The notes below the pieces were generated by a model. That model had not been told where the DNA came from, searched no databases, and saw only the letters and a list, made by a program, of their open reading frames with translations. Position numbers and translations under genes: made by a program. Below, one piece after another: positions 36,920 to 48,894 of a DNA stretch of 64,000 nt (positions within the stretch are counted from its first letter, which is position 1; each line of letters starts with the position of its first letter). Source of the DNA: Mobula hypostoma. Lineage: Eukaryota. The stretch covers positions 2,604,001 through 2,668,000 of the forward strand of contig NC_086108.1 of the NCBI RefSeq assembly GCF_963921235.1, in the 5' to 3' direction.

Positions 36920-39900
36920 TATAGAAACATAGAAAATAGGTGCAGGAATAGGCCATTCGGCCCTTTGAGCCTGCACTGCCATTTATTATGATCATGGCTG
37001 ATCATCCAACTCAGAACCCCGCCCCAGCCTCCCCTCCATACCCCCTGACCCCCGTAGCCACAAGGGCCATATCTAACTCCCTCTTAAATATAGCCAATGA
37101 ACTGGCCTCAACTGTTTCCTGTGGCAGAGAATTCCACAGATTCACCACTCTCTGTGTGAAGAAGTTTTTCCTAATCTCGGTCCTAAAAGGCTTCCCCTCT
37201 ATCCTCAAACTGTGGCCCCTCGTTCTGGACTTCCCCAACATCGGGAACAATCTTCCTGCATCTAGCCTGTCCAATCCCTTTAGGATCTTATACGTTTCAA
37301 TCAGATCCCCCCTCAATCTTCTAAATTCCAACGAGTACAAGCCAGTTCATCCAGTCTTTCTTCATATGAAAGTCCTGCCATCCCAGGAATCAATCTGGTG
37401 AACCTTCTTTGTACTCCCTCTATGGCAAGGATGTCTTTCCTCAGATTAGGGGACCAAAACTGCACACAATTCTCCAGGTGTGGTCTCACCAAGGCCTTGT
37501 ACAACTGCAGTAGTACCTCCCTGCTCCTGTACTTGAATCCTCTCGCTATAAATGCCAGCATACCATTCGCCTTTTTCACCGCCTGCTGTACCTGCATGCC
37601 CACTTTCAATGACTGGTGTATAATGACACCCAGGTCTCGTTGCACCTCCCCTTTTCCTAATCGGCCACCATTCAGATAATAATCTGTTTTCCTATTTTTG
37701 CCACCAAAGTGGATAACTTCACATTTATCCACATTAAATTGCATCTGCCATGAATTTGCCCACTCACCCAACCTATCCAAGTCACCCTGCATCCTCTTAG
37801 CATCCTCCTCACAGCAAACACTGCCTCCCAGCTTCGTGTCATCTGCAAACTTGGAGATGCTGCATTTAATTCCCTCATCCAAGTCATTAATATATATTGT
37901 AAACAACTGGGTCCCAGCACTGAGCCTTGCGGTACTCCACTAGTCACCGCCTGCCATTCTGAAAAGGTCCTGTTTATTCCCACTCTTTGCTTCCTGTCTG
38001 CTAACCAATTCTCCACCCACACCAATACCTTACCCCCAATACTGTGTGCTTTAAGTTTGCACACTAATCTCCTGTGTGGGACCTTGTCAAAAGCCTTTTG
38101 AAAATCCAAATATACCACATCCACTGGTTCTCCCCTATCCACTCTACTAGTTACATCCTCAAAAAATTCTATGAGCTTCGTCAGACATGATTTTCCTTTC
38201 ACAAATCCATGCTGACTTTGTCCGATCATTTCACCGCTTTCCAAATGTGCTGTTATCACATCCTTGATAACTGACTCCAGCAGTTTCCCCACCACCGATG
38301 TTAGGCTAACCGGTCTATAATTCCCTGGTTTCTCTCTCCCTCCTTTTTTTAAAAAGTGGAGTTACATTAGCCACCCTCCAATCCTCAGGAACTAGTCCAG
38401 AATCTAACGAGTTTTGAAAAATTATCACTAATGCATCCACTATTTCTTGGGCTACTTCCTTAAGCACTCTAGGATGCAGACCATCTGGCCCTGGGGATTT
38501 ATCTGCCTTCAATCCCTTCAATTTACCTAACACCACTTCCCTACTAACATGTATTTCACTCAGTTTCTCCATCTCACTGGACCCTCTGTCCCCTACTATT
38601 TCTGGAAGATTATTTATGTCCTCCTTAGTGAAGACAGAACTAAAGTAATTATTCAATTGGTCTGCCATGTCCTTGCTCCCCATAATCAATTCACCTGTTT
38701 CTGTCTGCAGGGGACCTACATTTGTCTTTACTAGTCTTTTCCTTTTTACATATCTATAAAAGCTTTTACAGTCCGTTTTTATGTTCCCTGCCAGTTTTCT
38801 CTCATAATCTTTTTTCCCCTTCCTAATTAAGCCCTTTGTCCTCCTCTGCTGAACTCTGAATTTCTCCCAGTCCTCAGGTGAGCCACTTTCTCTGGCTAAT
38901 TTGTATGCTACTTCTTTGGAATTGATACTATCCCTAATTTCTCTTGTCAGCCACGGGTGCACTACCTTCCTTGATTTATTCTTTTGCCAAACTGGGATGA
39001 ACAATTGTTGTAGTTCATCCATGCAACCTTTAAATGCTTGCCATTGCATATCCACCGTCAATCCTTTAAGTGTCATTTGCCAGTCTATCTTAGCTAATTC
39101 ACGTCTCATACCTTCAAAGTTACCCCTCTTTAAGTTCAGAACCTTTGTTTCTGAATTAACTATGTCACTCTCCATCTTAATGAAGAATTCCACCATATTA
39201 TGGTCACTCTTACCCAAGGGGCCTCTCACGACAAGATTGCTAATTAACCCTTCCTCATTGCTCAAAACCCAGTCCAGAATAGCCTGCTCTCTAGTTGGTT
39301 CCTCAACATGTTGGTTCAAAAAACCATCCCGCATACATTCCAAGAAATCCTCTTCCTCAGCACCTTTACCAATTTGGTACATGTAGATTGAAGTCACCCA
39401 TTATAATTGCTGTTCCTTTATTGCACACATTTCTAATTTCCTGTTTAATACCATCTCCGACCTCACTACTACTGTTAGGTGGCCTGTACACAACTCCCAG
39501 CAGCGTCTTCTGCCCCTTAGTGTTACGCAGCTCTACCCATATCGATTCCACATCTTCCCGGCTTGCGTTAATCTCTTCTTTAACCAGCAACGCCACCCCA
39601 CTTCCCCTTCCTTCATGTCTATCCCTCCTGAATATTGAATATCCCTGAACGTTGAGCTCCCATCCCTGGTCACCCTGGAGCCATGTCTCTGTGATCCCAA
39701 CTATATCATAATCATTAATAACAATCTGCACTTTCAATTCATCCACCTTATTACGAATGCTCCTTGCATTGACACACAAAGCCTTCAGGCGCTCCTTTAC
39801 AACTCTCTTAGCCCTTATACAATTATGTTGAAAAGTGGCCCTTTTTAATGCTTGCCCTGGATTTGTCGGCCTGCCACTTTTACTTTTCTCCTTAGTACTT

Positions 39901-40439
39901 TTTGCTTCTACCCTCACTTTACACCCCTCTGTCTCTCTGCACTGGTTCCCATCCCTCTGTCGTGAACTAACCTCCTCATACCTAGCCTCTTTAATTTGAT
40001 TCCCACCCCCCCAACCACTCTAGTTTAAAGTCACCTCAGTAGCCCCCGCTAATCTCCCTGCCAGGATATTGGTCCCCCTAGAATTCAAGAGTAACCCGTC
40101 CTTTTTGTACAGGTCACGCCTGCGCCAAAAGAGGTCCCAATGATCCAAAAACTTGAATCCCTGCCCCCTGCTCCAATCCCTCAGCCACGCATTTATCCTC
40201 CACCTCATCGCATTCCTACTCTCACTGTCGCGTGGCACAGGCAGTAATCCCGAGATTACTACCTTTGCGGTCCTTTTTCTCAACTCCCTTCCTAGCTCCC
40301 TATATTCTCCTTTCAGGACCTCATCCCTTTTCCTACCTATGTCATTGGTACCTATATGTACCACGACCTCTGGCTCCTCACCCTCCCACTTCAGGATATC
40401 TTGGACACGATCAGAAATATCCCGGATCCTGGCACCAGG
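36920..40439 (-). mobile_element. Young 5'-truncated CR1 LINE (ORF1 esterase end and nearly complete ORF2 with few frameshifts)
   Basis: Long consecutive ORFs 40020-40364, 39366-39917, 38315-39397, 37672-38295, 37313-37906 and 37011-37340 with APE and RT motifs. (catagaaa) tail. Confidence 0.95.
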
Positions 40440-41749
40440 TCATCTTTGGTATATGATGATATGAATCATCTTTGGTAATTGCTTTATTGTCATCACATGT
40501 ACTGAGCTAGAATAGAATTTTATTGTCATTGCTCAAGCCAATGAGATTGTGGTGCTATTCCAGTCTGTGCAAGACAGATAGTTACAACCCATGTCGTATG
40601 GCTTAATTAAAAAATTCCCATATTTTGACGTTGAAAATCCATAACACTGAAAGGCCATTGGCTGGAGTGCGGCATTATTCAGCTGCACAACAGCCCTGGG
40701 GAAGGAGCTGTATTTGAGTCTTATTGTTTTGGCTGAGATGTTTCTGTATCTCCTACCAGATGGCAGGAGATTGAACAGACAGTGTCTGGGATGAGTTGGG
40801 TCTCTAATGATCCAAATATGCTGTAACCATTAAGAGTTGTAGATTGTCTCCAGGTTTGGTGCTTCAAAGTTCAAAGTAAATTTTATTATCAGGGTACCAC
40901 ATACTGTACTACACTGACGTTCTTTTTTTCCTGCAGGCATACTCAGCAAATCGATAGAATAGGAACTGTAAACAGGATGAGTGAAAGGTTAAGTAAGGGA
41001 TAGAAGATGACAAACTGTGCAAATGCAAATATAAATAAATAGCAATAATTAATGACAGCATGAAATAACAAGGTAAAGAGTCCTTAAAGTGAGATCATTG
41101 GTCGTGGGAACATCTCGATGGATGAGTGTAGTTATCCTCTTTCATTCAAGAGCCTGATGGTTGAATCTCAGTGATGTGTTGAGCTGTCCTATTCCCCCAT
41201 TGGAGTGCTTTGTGATCTGTCTTGCTGTAACTAGAGTCCCACGCTGTCAGTATGCTCTCTGTCGCACATCGATCAAAGCTGACCAGCAATTTTTGGGGCA
41301 GATTAGCTCTCCTTAAGCAAGTCAGATAGAGTAGTCACTGTAATGTCGTCCAGACTATCGAGATTGTGTTGATGGAGCAAGAGAGTTCTTCAGTGATGCC
41401 CACCTCCAAAAACCTGGAACTGGAGACACTTTCCACTACCTCACCATTAATGATGTCGAGGCTTGGTTGGGAACTCTTGCTTTCTTGAAGTCAATTATCG
41501 TTCCTACGCTGGCCAGGCTGATCATTCCAAATGCAAGTATAAGAGAAGGGAAAACACCAGCAGAGTGCAGAAAGTTCCAGTGCAGGTGGACAAAGTACAA
41601 GGATCATTGAGGTTCAGAGGTGGGGAACCTATGGTACGTGCAAGAATTCTGTTGGCACGTGGCATGCACTACTGCCCTTTGATTCTATTAACCCATGCAA
41701 GATACATAATGGTGATCTTAATCACAAGAGATTCTGCACATGCTGGATA

Positions 41750-42112
41750 TCGAATTGAATTGACTTTATTTCTTACATCCTTCACATACATGAGGAGTAA
41801 AACTCTTTACGTTATGTCTCCGTCTAAATGTGCAATGTGCCATCGTAGTAGTTTATAATACATAGAACAGTCAGTGTAACATAGAGTACACTCAGATCAG
41901 CGTGAGTTCATCAGTCTGATGGCCTGGTGGAAGAAGCTGTCCCAGAGCCTGCTGGTCCTGGCTTTTATGCTGCGGTACCGTTTCCCGGATGGTAGCAGCT
42001 GGAATAGATTGTGGTTGGGGTGACTTGGGTCCCCAGTGATCCTACGGGCCCTTTTTACACACCTGTCCTTATAAGTGTCCGGAATCATGGGAAGTTCGCA
42101 ACTACAGATGCA
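41750..42112 (-). mobile_element. Rex1-like LINE 3' fragment
   Basis: DPSHPNHNLFQLLPSGKRYRSIKARTSRLWDSFFHQAIRL, then aataaa and a (caatt)n tail on the minus strand. Confidence 0.8.
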
Positions 42113-42994
42113 GCACACAAAATGCTGGAGGAATTCAGCAGGTCAGGCAGCACCTATGGAGGGGAATGAGCAGTCGGCATTTCAGGCCAAGACTTTTCAG
42201 TAGGAAAGGTAAGGTAAAGGCATCCGTTAGTCTTGCGAGACCGTGGATCTGCACCTGGAAAGTCTTCACTCTCCAGGGCGCAGGCCTGGGCAAGGTTGTA
42301 TGGAAGACCAGCAGTTGTCCATGCTGCAAGTCTCCCCTCTCCACGACACCGATGTTGTCCAAGGGAGGGGCATTAGGACCCATACAGCTTGACACCGGTG
42401 TCCTCGCAGAGCAATGTGTGATCAAGTGCCTTGCTCAGTGTTGGCACGTGACCAAGTGGTTAAGGCATTCGTCTAGTGATCTGAAGGTCACTAGTTCAAG
42501 CCTTGGCTGAGGCAACGTGTTGTGTCCTTGAGCAAGGCACTTAACCACACATTGCTCTGCGACGACTCTGGTGCCAAGCTGTATGGGGCCTAATGCCCTT
42601 CCCTTGGACAACATCGGTATCGTGGAGAGGGGAGACTTGCAGCATGGGCAACTGCTGGTCTTCCATACAACCTTGCCCAGGCCTGCGCCCTGGAAACCTT
42701 CCAAGGCGCAAATCCATGGTCTCATGAGACTAACGGATGCCTATATATGCCTATATCAAGGACACAACACGTTGCCTCGGCTGGGGCTCGAACTCACGAC
42801 TTGCAGGTCGCTAGTCCAATGCCAGAATAATGAGGTGGGGGGAGGGGAAGGAGTAGAAACTGGAAGGTGATAGGTGAAACCAGGTGAGGGCAAGGTACAG
42901 TACCGTGCAAAAGTCTCAGGCACCTATATGTATATATTGCCAGGGTGCCCTATGGCTTTTGCATAGTACTATAGTAATGTTATGTATTGCATGT

Positions 42995-45900
42995 ATTGGA
43001 TTTAGATGGAGTGGAGTTTGTTAGGTGTGTTCAAGAAGGTTTCCGGACACAATATCTGGATAAGCCAACTTGAGGAGAGGCTGTACTTGATCTGGTATTG
43101 GGAAATGAACCTGGTCAGGTGTCAGATCTCTCGGTGGGAGAGCATTTTGGAGATAGTGATCACAATTCTATCTCCTTTATCATAGCGCTGGAGAAGGATA
43201 GGAGCAGACAATTTGGGAAAACATTTAATTGGGGTAAGGGGAAATATGATGCTATTGGGCAGGGACTTGGGAGGATAAATTGGGAGCAGATGTTCTCAGG
43301 GAAATGCAAGGCAGAAATGTGGCAAATGTTTAGGGAACGTTTGCATGGTGTTTGGTAAAGGTTCAAGGTTCAATTTAATGTCAGAGAAATGTATACAATA
43401 TACATCCTGAAATGCTTTTTCTTTGCAAACATCCACGAAAACAGAGAAGTGCGTCAAAGAATGAATGACAGATAAATGTTAGAACCTCAAAGTCCCCCCC
43501 CAGCTCCCCTCCCTCCCCACACATAAGCGGCAGCAAGCAATGATCCCCCCTCCCTCCCACTGGCAAAAAAAAAGCAAGCGTCAGCACTGAGCACTCAAGC
43601 GTGAGCAAAGCAATAGCAAAGACACAGACTTGCAGTTACCCCAAAGACTTTGCATTTCACCTGGCATTCTGCAGACCACAGGCTCTGTCTCTCTCCCTAA
43701 TAAGGGAGAAGGAGGTGTCACTGTTTTCCCAGCAAGCGGGGAGACACAACAAACAACTCGCTTGTTTGCGATGTTAAAAGTCCGTTATGTTGTTTTTCTC
43801 GAGCTCTGTGTCTGAAGATCTCAGAGATCCCAGGTCTTCGGGCACACAGCAGTAGATTTTCAGAATCCCCCGACAGCACACGGGTCTCCTGCCGTGACAC
43901 CGAGCCCCGATCCGCCCGTCTCCAGAGCCCCAAGATCTCAGGCTTCTGAATTCGAGCCGGACTCTCAGGCTGAACTCTTGGCGTGGTGAACAACGACCAG
44001 TCCCGAAACCCCGAGAGCGGGTCCCATTCCCGCAAAGAACTGAAGTCAGCGTGTAACTCCAGGTTCAAAAGAACCCTGGAAGGGGAAAATAAAGATATTA
44101 AAGATGGAAATAGAGCTGTTTCCAAAGATGCCAGCAAAGGAGTCGCCGTTTAGCGCCATCTTAACTTTGATCCGCCTCCTTTCTCAGGCAGGGAAATGAT
44201 GGTTGGGTAAAAGAACCATGATGTACAAAGGATGTTGAAAATCTAGTTAAGAAGAAAAGAAAAGCTTACGAAAGGTTCAAGAAACTAGGTACTGTTAGGG
44301 CTCTAGAAAATTACAGGGGTGCCAGGAAGGAACTCAAGAATGAAACTAGGAGAGCTAGAAGGAGCCCTGAGAAGGCCTTGGTGAGCAGGATTAAAGAAAA
44401 CCCCAAGACATTCCACAGGTATGTGAAGAGCAAGAGGATGAGCTATGTGAGAATAGGACCAATCAGGAGCAATAGTGGAACATGCGCACGGAGTCAGAAG
44501 AGCTAACGAAGATACTTAATGAATACTTTGCTTCAGTATTTGCCAATAAAAAGGACCTTGGCAATTGTGGGGATGACTTACAGCAGACTGGAATGCCTGA
44601 ATGCATAGACACGTAGAAAAAGGATGGGCTGGAGCTTTTCAAAAGCATTAAGTTAGATAAGTCGGCAGGACCAAACAAGACCTACCCCAGGCTACTGTGG
44701 CAAGCGAGGGAGGAGATTGCTGAGCCTCTGGTGATGAAGTTTGCATCATCAATAGGGACAGGAGAAGTGCCAGTGGATTGGAGGGTTGCAAACGTTGTTC
44801 TCTTGTTCAAGAAAGGGGGTAGAGGTAACCCAGGAAATTATAGACCAGCGAGTCTGACTTCAGTGGTGGGCAAGTTGTTGGAGAAGATCCTGAGAGGCAG
44901 GATTTATGAGCGTTTGAAGAAACATAATCTGATTAGGGATAGTCAGTATGGCTTTGTCAAGGGCAGTTTGTGCCTTATGAGCCTGATTGCAATCTTTGAG
45001 GATGTAACAAAACACATTGATGAAAGTAGAGCAGTAGATGTAGTGTGTATGGATTTCAGTACGGCATTCGAGAAGGTTCCCCATGCAAGGCTCATTTAGG
45101 AAGTAATGAAGCATGGGATCCAAGGATATCCTGTTTTGTGAATCCAGAATTGACTGGCCCACAGAAGGCAAAGGGTGGTTATAGATGGTTCATATTCTGC
45201 ATGGAGGCCAGTGAGCAGTGGTGTGCCTCAGGGATCTGTCTGGGACCCCTACGCTTTGTGATTTTTATAAATTACCTGGATGAGGGAGTAGAGGGGAAGG
45301 TTTGCTGATGACATAAAAGTTGGGGGTGTTGTGGATAGTCTGGAGGGTTGTCAGAGGTTACAGTGGGACATCGATAGGATACAGAACTGGGCTGAGAAGT
45401 GGCAGATGGACTTCAACCCAGATAAGTGTCAAGTGGTTCATTTCAGTTGGTCAAATTTGAAGACAGAATATGGTAAGACTCTTGGCAGTGTGGAGAATCA
45501 GAGAGATCTTGGGGTCTGTGTCTATAGGACACTCAAAGCTGCTGTGCAGATTGACAGTGTTGGTAAGAAGATGTATGGTGTGTTGGCATTCATCAACTGT
45601 GTGGTTGAGTTCGAGAGCCATGTGGTAATGTTACAGCTATATGCAACCCTAGTTAGACCCCACTTGGAGTACGGTTCAGTTCTGGTCACCTCACTACAGG
45701 AAGGATGTACTATAGAGAGAATGTAGAGGAGATTTACAAGGATGTTGCCTGGATTGGAGGGCGTACCTTATGAGAATAGGTTGAGTGAACTTGGCCTTTT
45801 ATCCTTGGAGCGACGGAGTATGAGAGGTGACCTGATAAAGGTGTATAAGATGATGAGAGGCATTGATCGTGTGGATAGCCAGAAGCTATTTCCCAGGGCT

Positions 45901-46170
45901 GGAATGTCTAATAGGAGGGGGCATCGTTTTAAGGTGCTTGGAAGTGGGGGAAGGTCAGAGGTAAGGTTTTCACACAGGGAGTGGTGGGTGCGTGTAATGC
46001 ACTGCCAGTGATGATGGTAGAAACGGATACAGTAGGGTTTTTTAAGAGCTTCTTAGGAAGGTACATGGAGCTTAGAAAAATAGAGGGTTATGTGGTAGGG
46101 AAATTCCAGGCAGCTTTTAGAGTGGTTACATGGTCAGCACAACATTGTGGGCTGTAGATTTCTGTGTTCT
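42995..46170 (+). mobile_element. CR1 ORF2 remnant with nested non-autonomous element
   Basis: GNEPGQVSDLSVGEHFGDSDHN, DWRVANV, NYRPASLTS, WQMDFNPDKC and 3' tail motif. Similar to the CR1 at 5350-10470. Confidence 0.9.
43358..44179 (-). mobile_element. Non-autonomous retroposon with AAGATGGCG 5' end (related copy 59999-60767)
   Basis: cgccatctt at 44154-44162 and 60759-60767. Shared 3' region caatttaat..cagagaa..acatccac..agaatgaatgacaga. (ttgaacc) tail. Confidence 0.7.
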
Positions 46171-46516
46171 ATGCTTTGTACTGCAAACAAATTTCATGAC
46201 ATATGTGATATGGGTCTCTATTGAGAGTGGGAAGGGGGCTGGGAGACTGAAATCATGGTTGGGAAAAGGAGAAGAGAGAGAGGAGGAAGCAGGAAGCACC
46301 AGAGAGATATTCTGTAACAATCAATAAACCAATTGTTTGGAATCAAATGACCTTGCTTGGTGCGTCAGGGCTGGGTGTGTCTGCACCTGCATCATCCCCC
46401 CTGCCGTGGCACTCCCTCTCTGCCACCTGTCCCATACCCCTCCTGCGGTGTGCCACTCTCTCTATTCCCAACATCCTTTGCTCCCGCCAGACTTACAACT
46501 CACTCTCCGCTCAATA

Positions 46517-46571
46517 CAGTACTGTGCAAAAGTCCTAGTTATACATGTGCCCGGTCTTTCGCACAGTACTG
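46517..46571. mobile_element. Tc1/mariner-type miniature palindromic MITE (copies near 42898-42970, 53385-53450, 57720-57847)
   Basis: TIR cagtactgtgcaaaagtc / ctttcgcacagtactg, with TA at most flanks. Confidence 0.75.
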
Positions 46572-47300
46572 CAGGTGGGTAGGGGAGGGGGTATGGATTA
46601 AGAAGGTGGGTGATGATATGTGGGAAAGGTAAAGGGCGGGAGAAGAAGGAATCTGGTAGGAGAAGAGAGTGAACCATGGAGACGGGGAAGGAGGATGGGC
46701 AGCAGAGGGAGGTGATGGGAAATTGAGGAGAAGGGATTAGAGGAGAGTCAGAATGGGGAATGGAAAAAGAGAGAGGGAGGAATTATTGGAGAATATAGAA
46801 ATTAATGATCATGCTGACTGGTTTGAGGCAACTAGATGGTTGCAAGAACGCATGAAGTTTTGGAATCCTGGTGTACATGTGGATAGTAAATGGCTATGAT
46901 AACAATCCTGTTTAGAAATTTATTTTCCAATTGTCTTTTTAAAAGATTAATAATTTTTCAACAGATTTTCTAAAATGCTTCGTTTATTTCAATCTGCCAG
47001 TTATACTTTCATTAACAGTAAAGATAAATCATTCTTTTTTCTTTAAAGTCCATAATTATAGTTACTAATTCATTAATCAGGGATAATCTCTGCTTAAAAT
47101 TACTTTGGCATATGAGATAATTTGTTAGAAGATTATTGCCAATTTTGTCACATGCTCCCAATTAGATTCGTCACTCTGGGGTAGATTGCGAGATCAAGAG
47201 TTCATTATCTCTTGTGTAGAAGAGGTTTGTTCAAGGTAATGGTTATTTCTTTCTATTAATGTAATAAGTTTTTTTTCTTGTCTGGGTTCTTCTCTGGTAG

Positions 47301-47426
47301 ATCGACTTGACCAGGTCCATCGAGGACCAGGGCCCCTTTGATGTGATCATCCACAAACTCTCTGAGCTGATAGTGGAAGCAGAACAGGCAGATTCACAGT
47401 CTCAGCAGCTCCTACGAAAGTTTCAG
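47301..47426 (+). CDS. ITPK1: ITPK1-like coding exon, 126 nt, IDLTRSIEDQGPFDVIIHKLSELIVEAEQADSQSQQLLRKFQ
   Basis: ggtag acceptor and CAG|gtattg donor. Contains the ITPK1 motif QGPxDVIIHKL. Phase 0/0. Confidence 0.95.
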
Positions 47427-48894
47427 GTATTGGTCCAGACCTCGTGTCCCCCCACCTCTGTAGAATGATGCGACACACAGGAGGGGGTTTCAGCCCATTG
47501 TCTCAAAGCTGGCTCTCTGATAGAATTCTCCATTCAGTCCCACACTCCTGCTCGTCCCCCACAATTTACCTTGTCTCCAGGTGTGTGTCAAATCCCTCTC
47601 TCCCTTTGGAAGCTGCAGTTACCCCTGCACTATGAATACAATCCTCACCAAGAGCTCATAAAATGAGGAAATTAAAGTTGAAAGTAAATTTGTCGTCGAA
47701 GTATGTATACTATATACAACCTTGAGATCCGTCGTCTTGCGGGCAGCCACAGAACAAAGAACCACCATAGAACCCATGACTCCCCACCACACAACAGAGT
47801 CTGACGAACATTCAATGTATGAAAAAGAACAAATCATGCAAACAATTAAAAAAAAACAATGAATATGCAGAAAATGAACTGCGGTGTCCCTGAAAGGGAG
47901 CCCACAGTCACTGAGGCAAGCAAAGCCAGTCCAGGAGCCAGGAGCTGTAGGGCACAGCAACTCCTGAACCTGGCAGTGTGACCCAATTACCCAGGGAATT
48001 TAAAAACCTGCCAGCTTCTACTCCTCCTCCTCCCCCTTCCCATTCCTCAGCCCGAAATGTTGACTGTTTATTCCTCTCCAGAGATGCTGACTGACCTGCT
48101 GAGTTCCTCCAGCATTGTGTGTGTGTGTGTGTGTGTGTGTGAGATGTTCTGGAAATTAAACGCTTTTATTTCAGTATTAACACGAGAAAACTGATTTTTA
48201 ATTTTAATTGCACGCTAACTTCTGCTCCAGCCATTTCTGCCCCGTGTAGCCCAATGGGTCCTGATCAAGCCACCAATCCAACCAGGAGGATTGGTTTGTT
48301 GCTAATAAACCTGGAAGGATTAAAGGCCCATTGACTGTGCTCTGCCACTTCAACAGACCTAAGGGGCAGAAGATTTGAAGATGGTTTTTGACCAAGTAGG
48401 TGGTTGGAATCTGGAACACCATCACCAAGAGGGTGCTCGAGGCAGTGGTGTACATCATTTAAGATCCACACGAGCACCTCAAGATTTAGGTGATCCGGGT
48501 TCAATTCCCACTGCTGCCTGTCAGGAGTTTGTACGTTCTCCCCGTGACCACACGGATTTCCTCTGGGTGCTCTGGTTTCCTCCCATTGGTTGGTAGGTTA
48601 ATTGGTCATTGTAAATTTTCCAGTGATTAGATAAATCGGGGGTTGCTGGGCAAAGTGGCTCGAAGTTTCAAAGGGCTTGTTCTGTGCTGTATTGCAATGT
48701 TCAAGATCATTCAAGTGTAAAGGAGAATGAAACAATTGTTCCTCTGGATCTGACACAACACAAACAAAGACAATAAGATACAGAATACAATAAATATAAA
48801 TACATAGGATAGCTTGGATACATTGATTGTATCTCCATAAAGTGACTCGAAGCACAGGAGATGAGGTGACTGACAGGACGTGATGAAGTAGTGG

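Noticed and set aside
36920..40439. Longest ORFs (up to 360 aa) as a host gene or active retroelement
   Set aside because: CR1 ORF2 broken by frameshifts and small deletions and truncated at the 5' end, so not autonomous as assembled.
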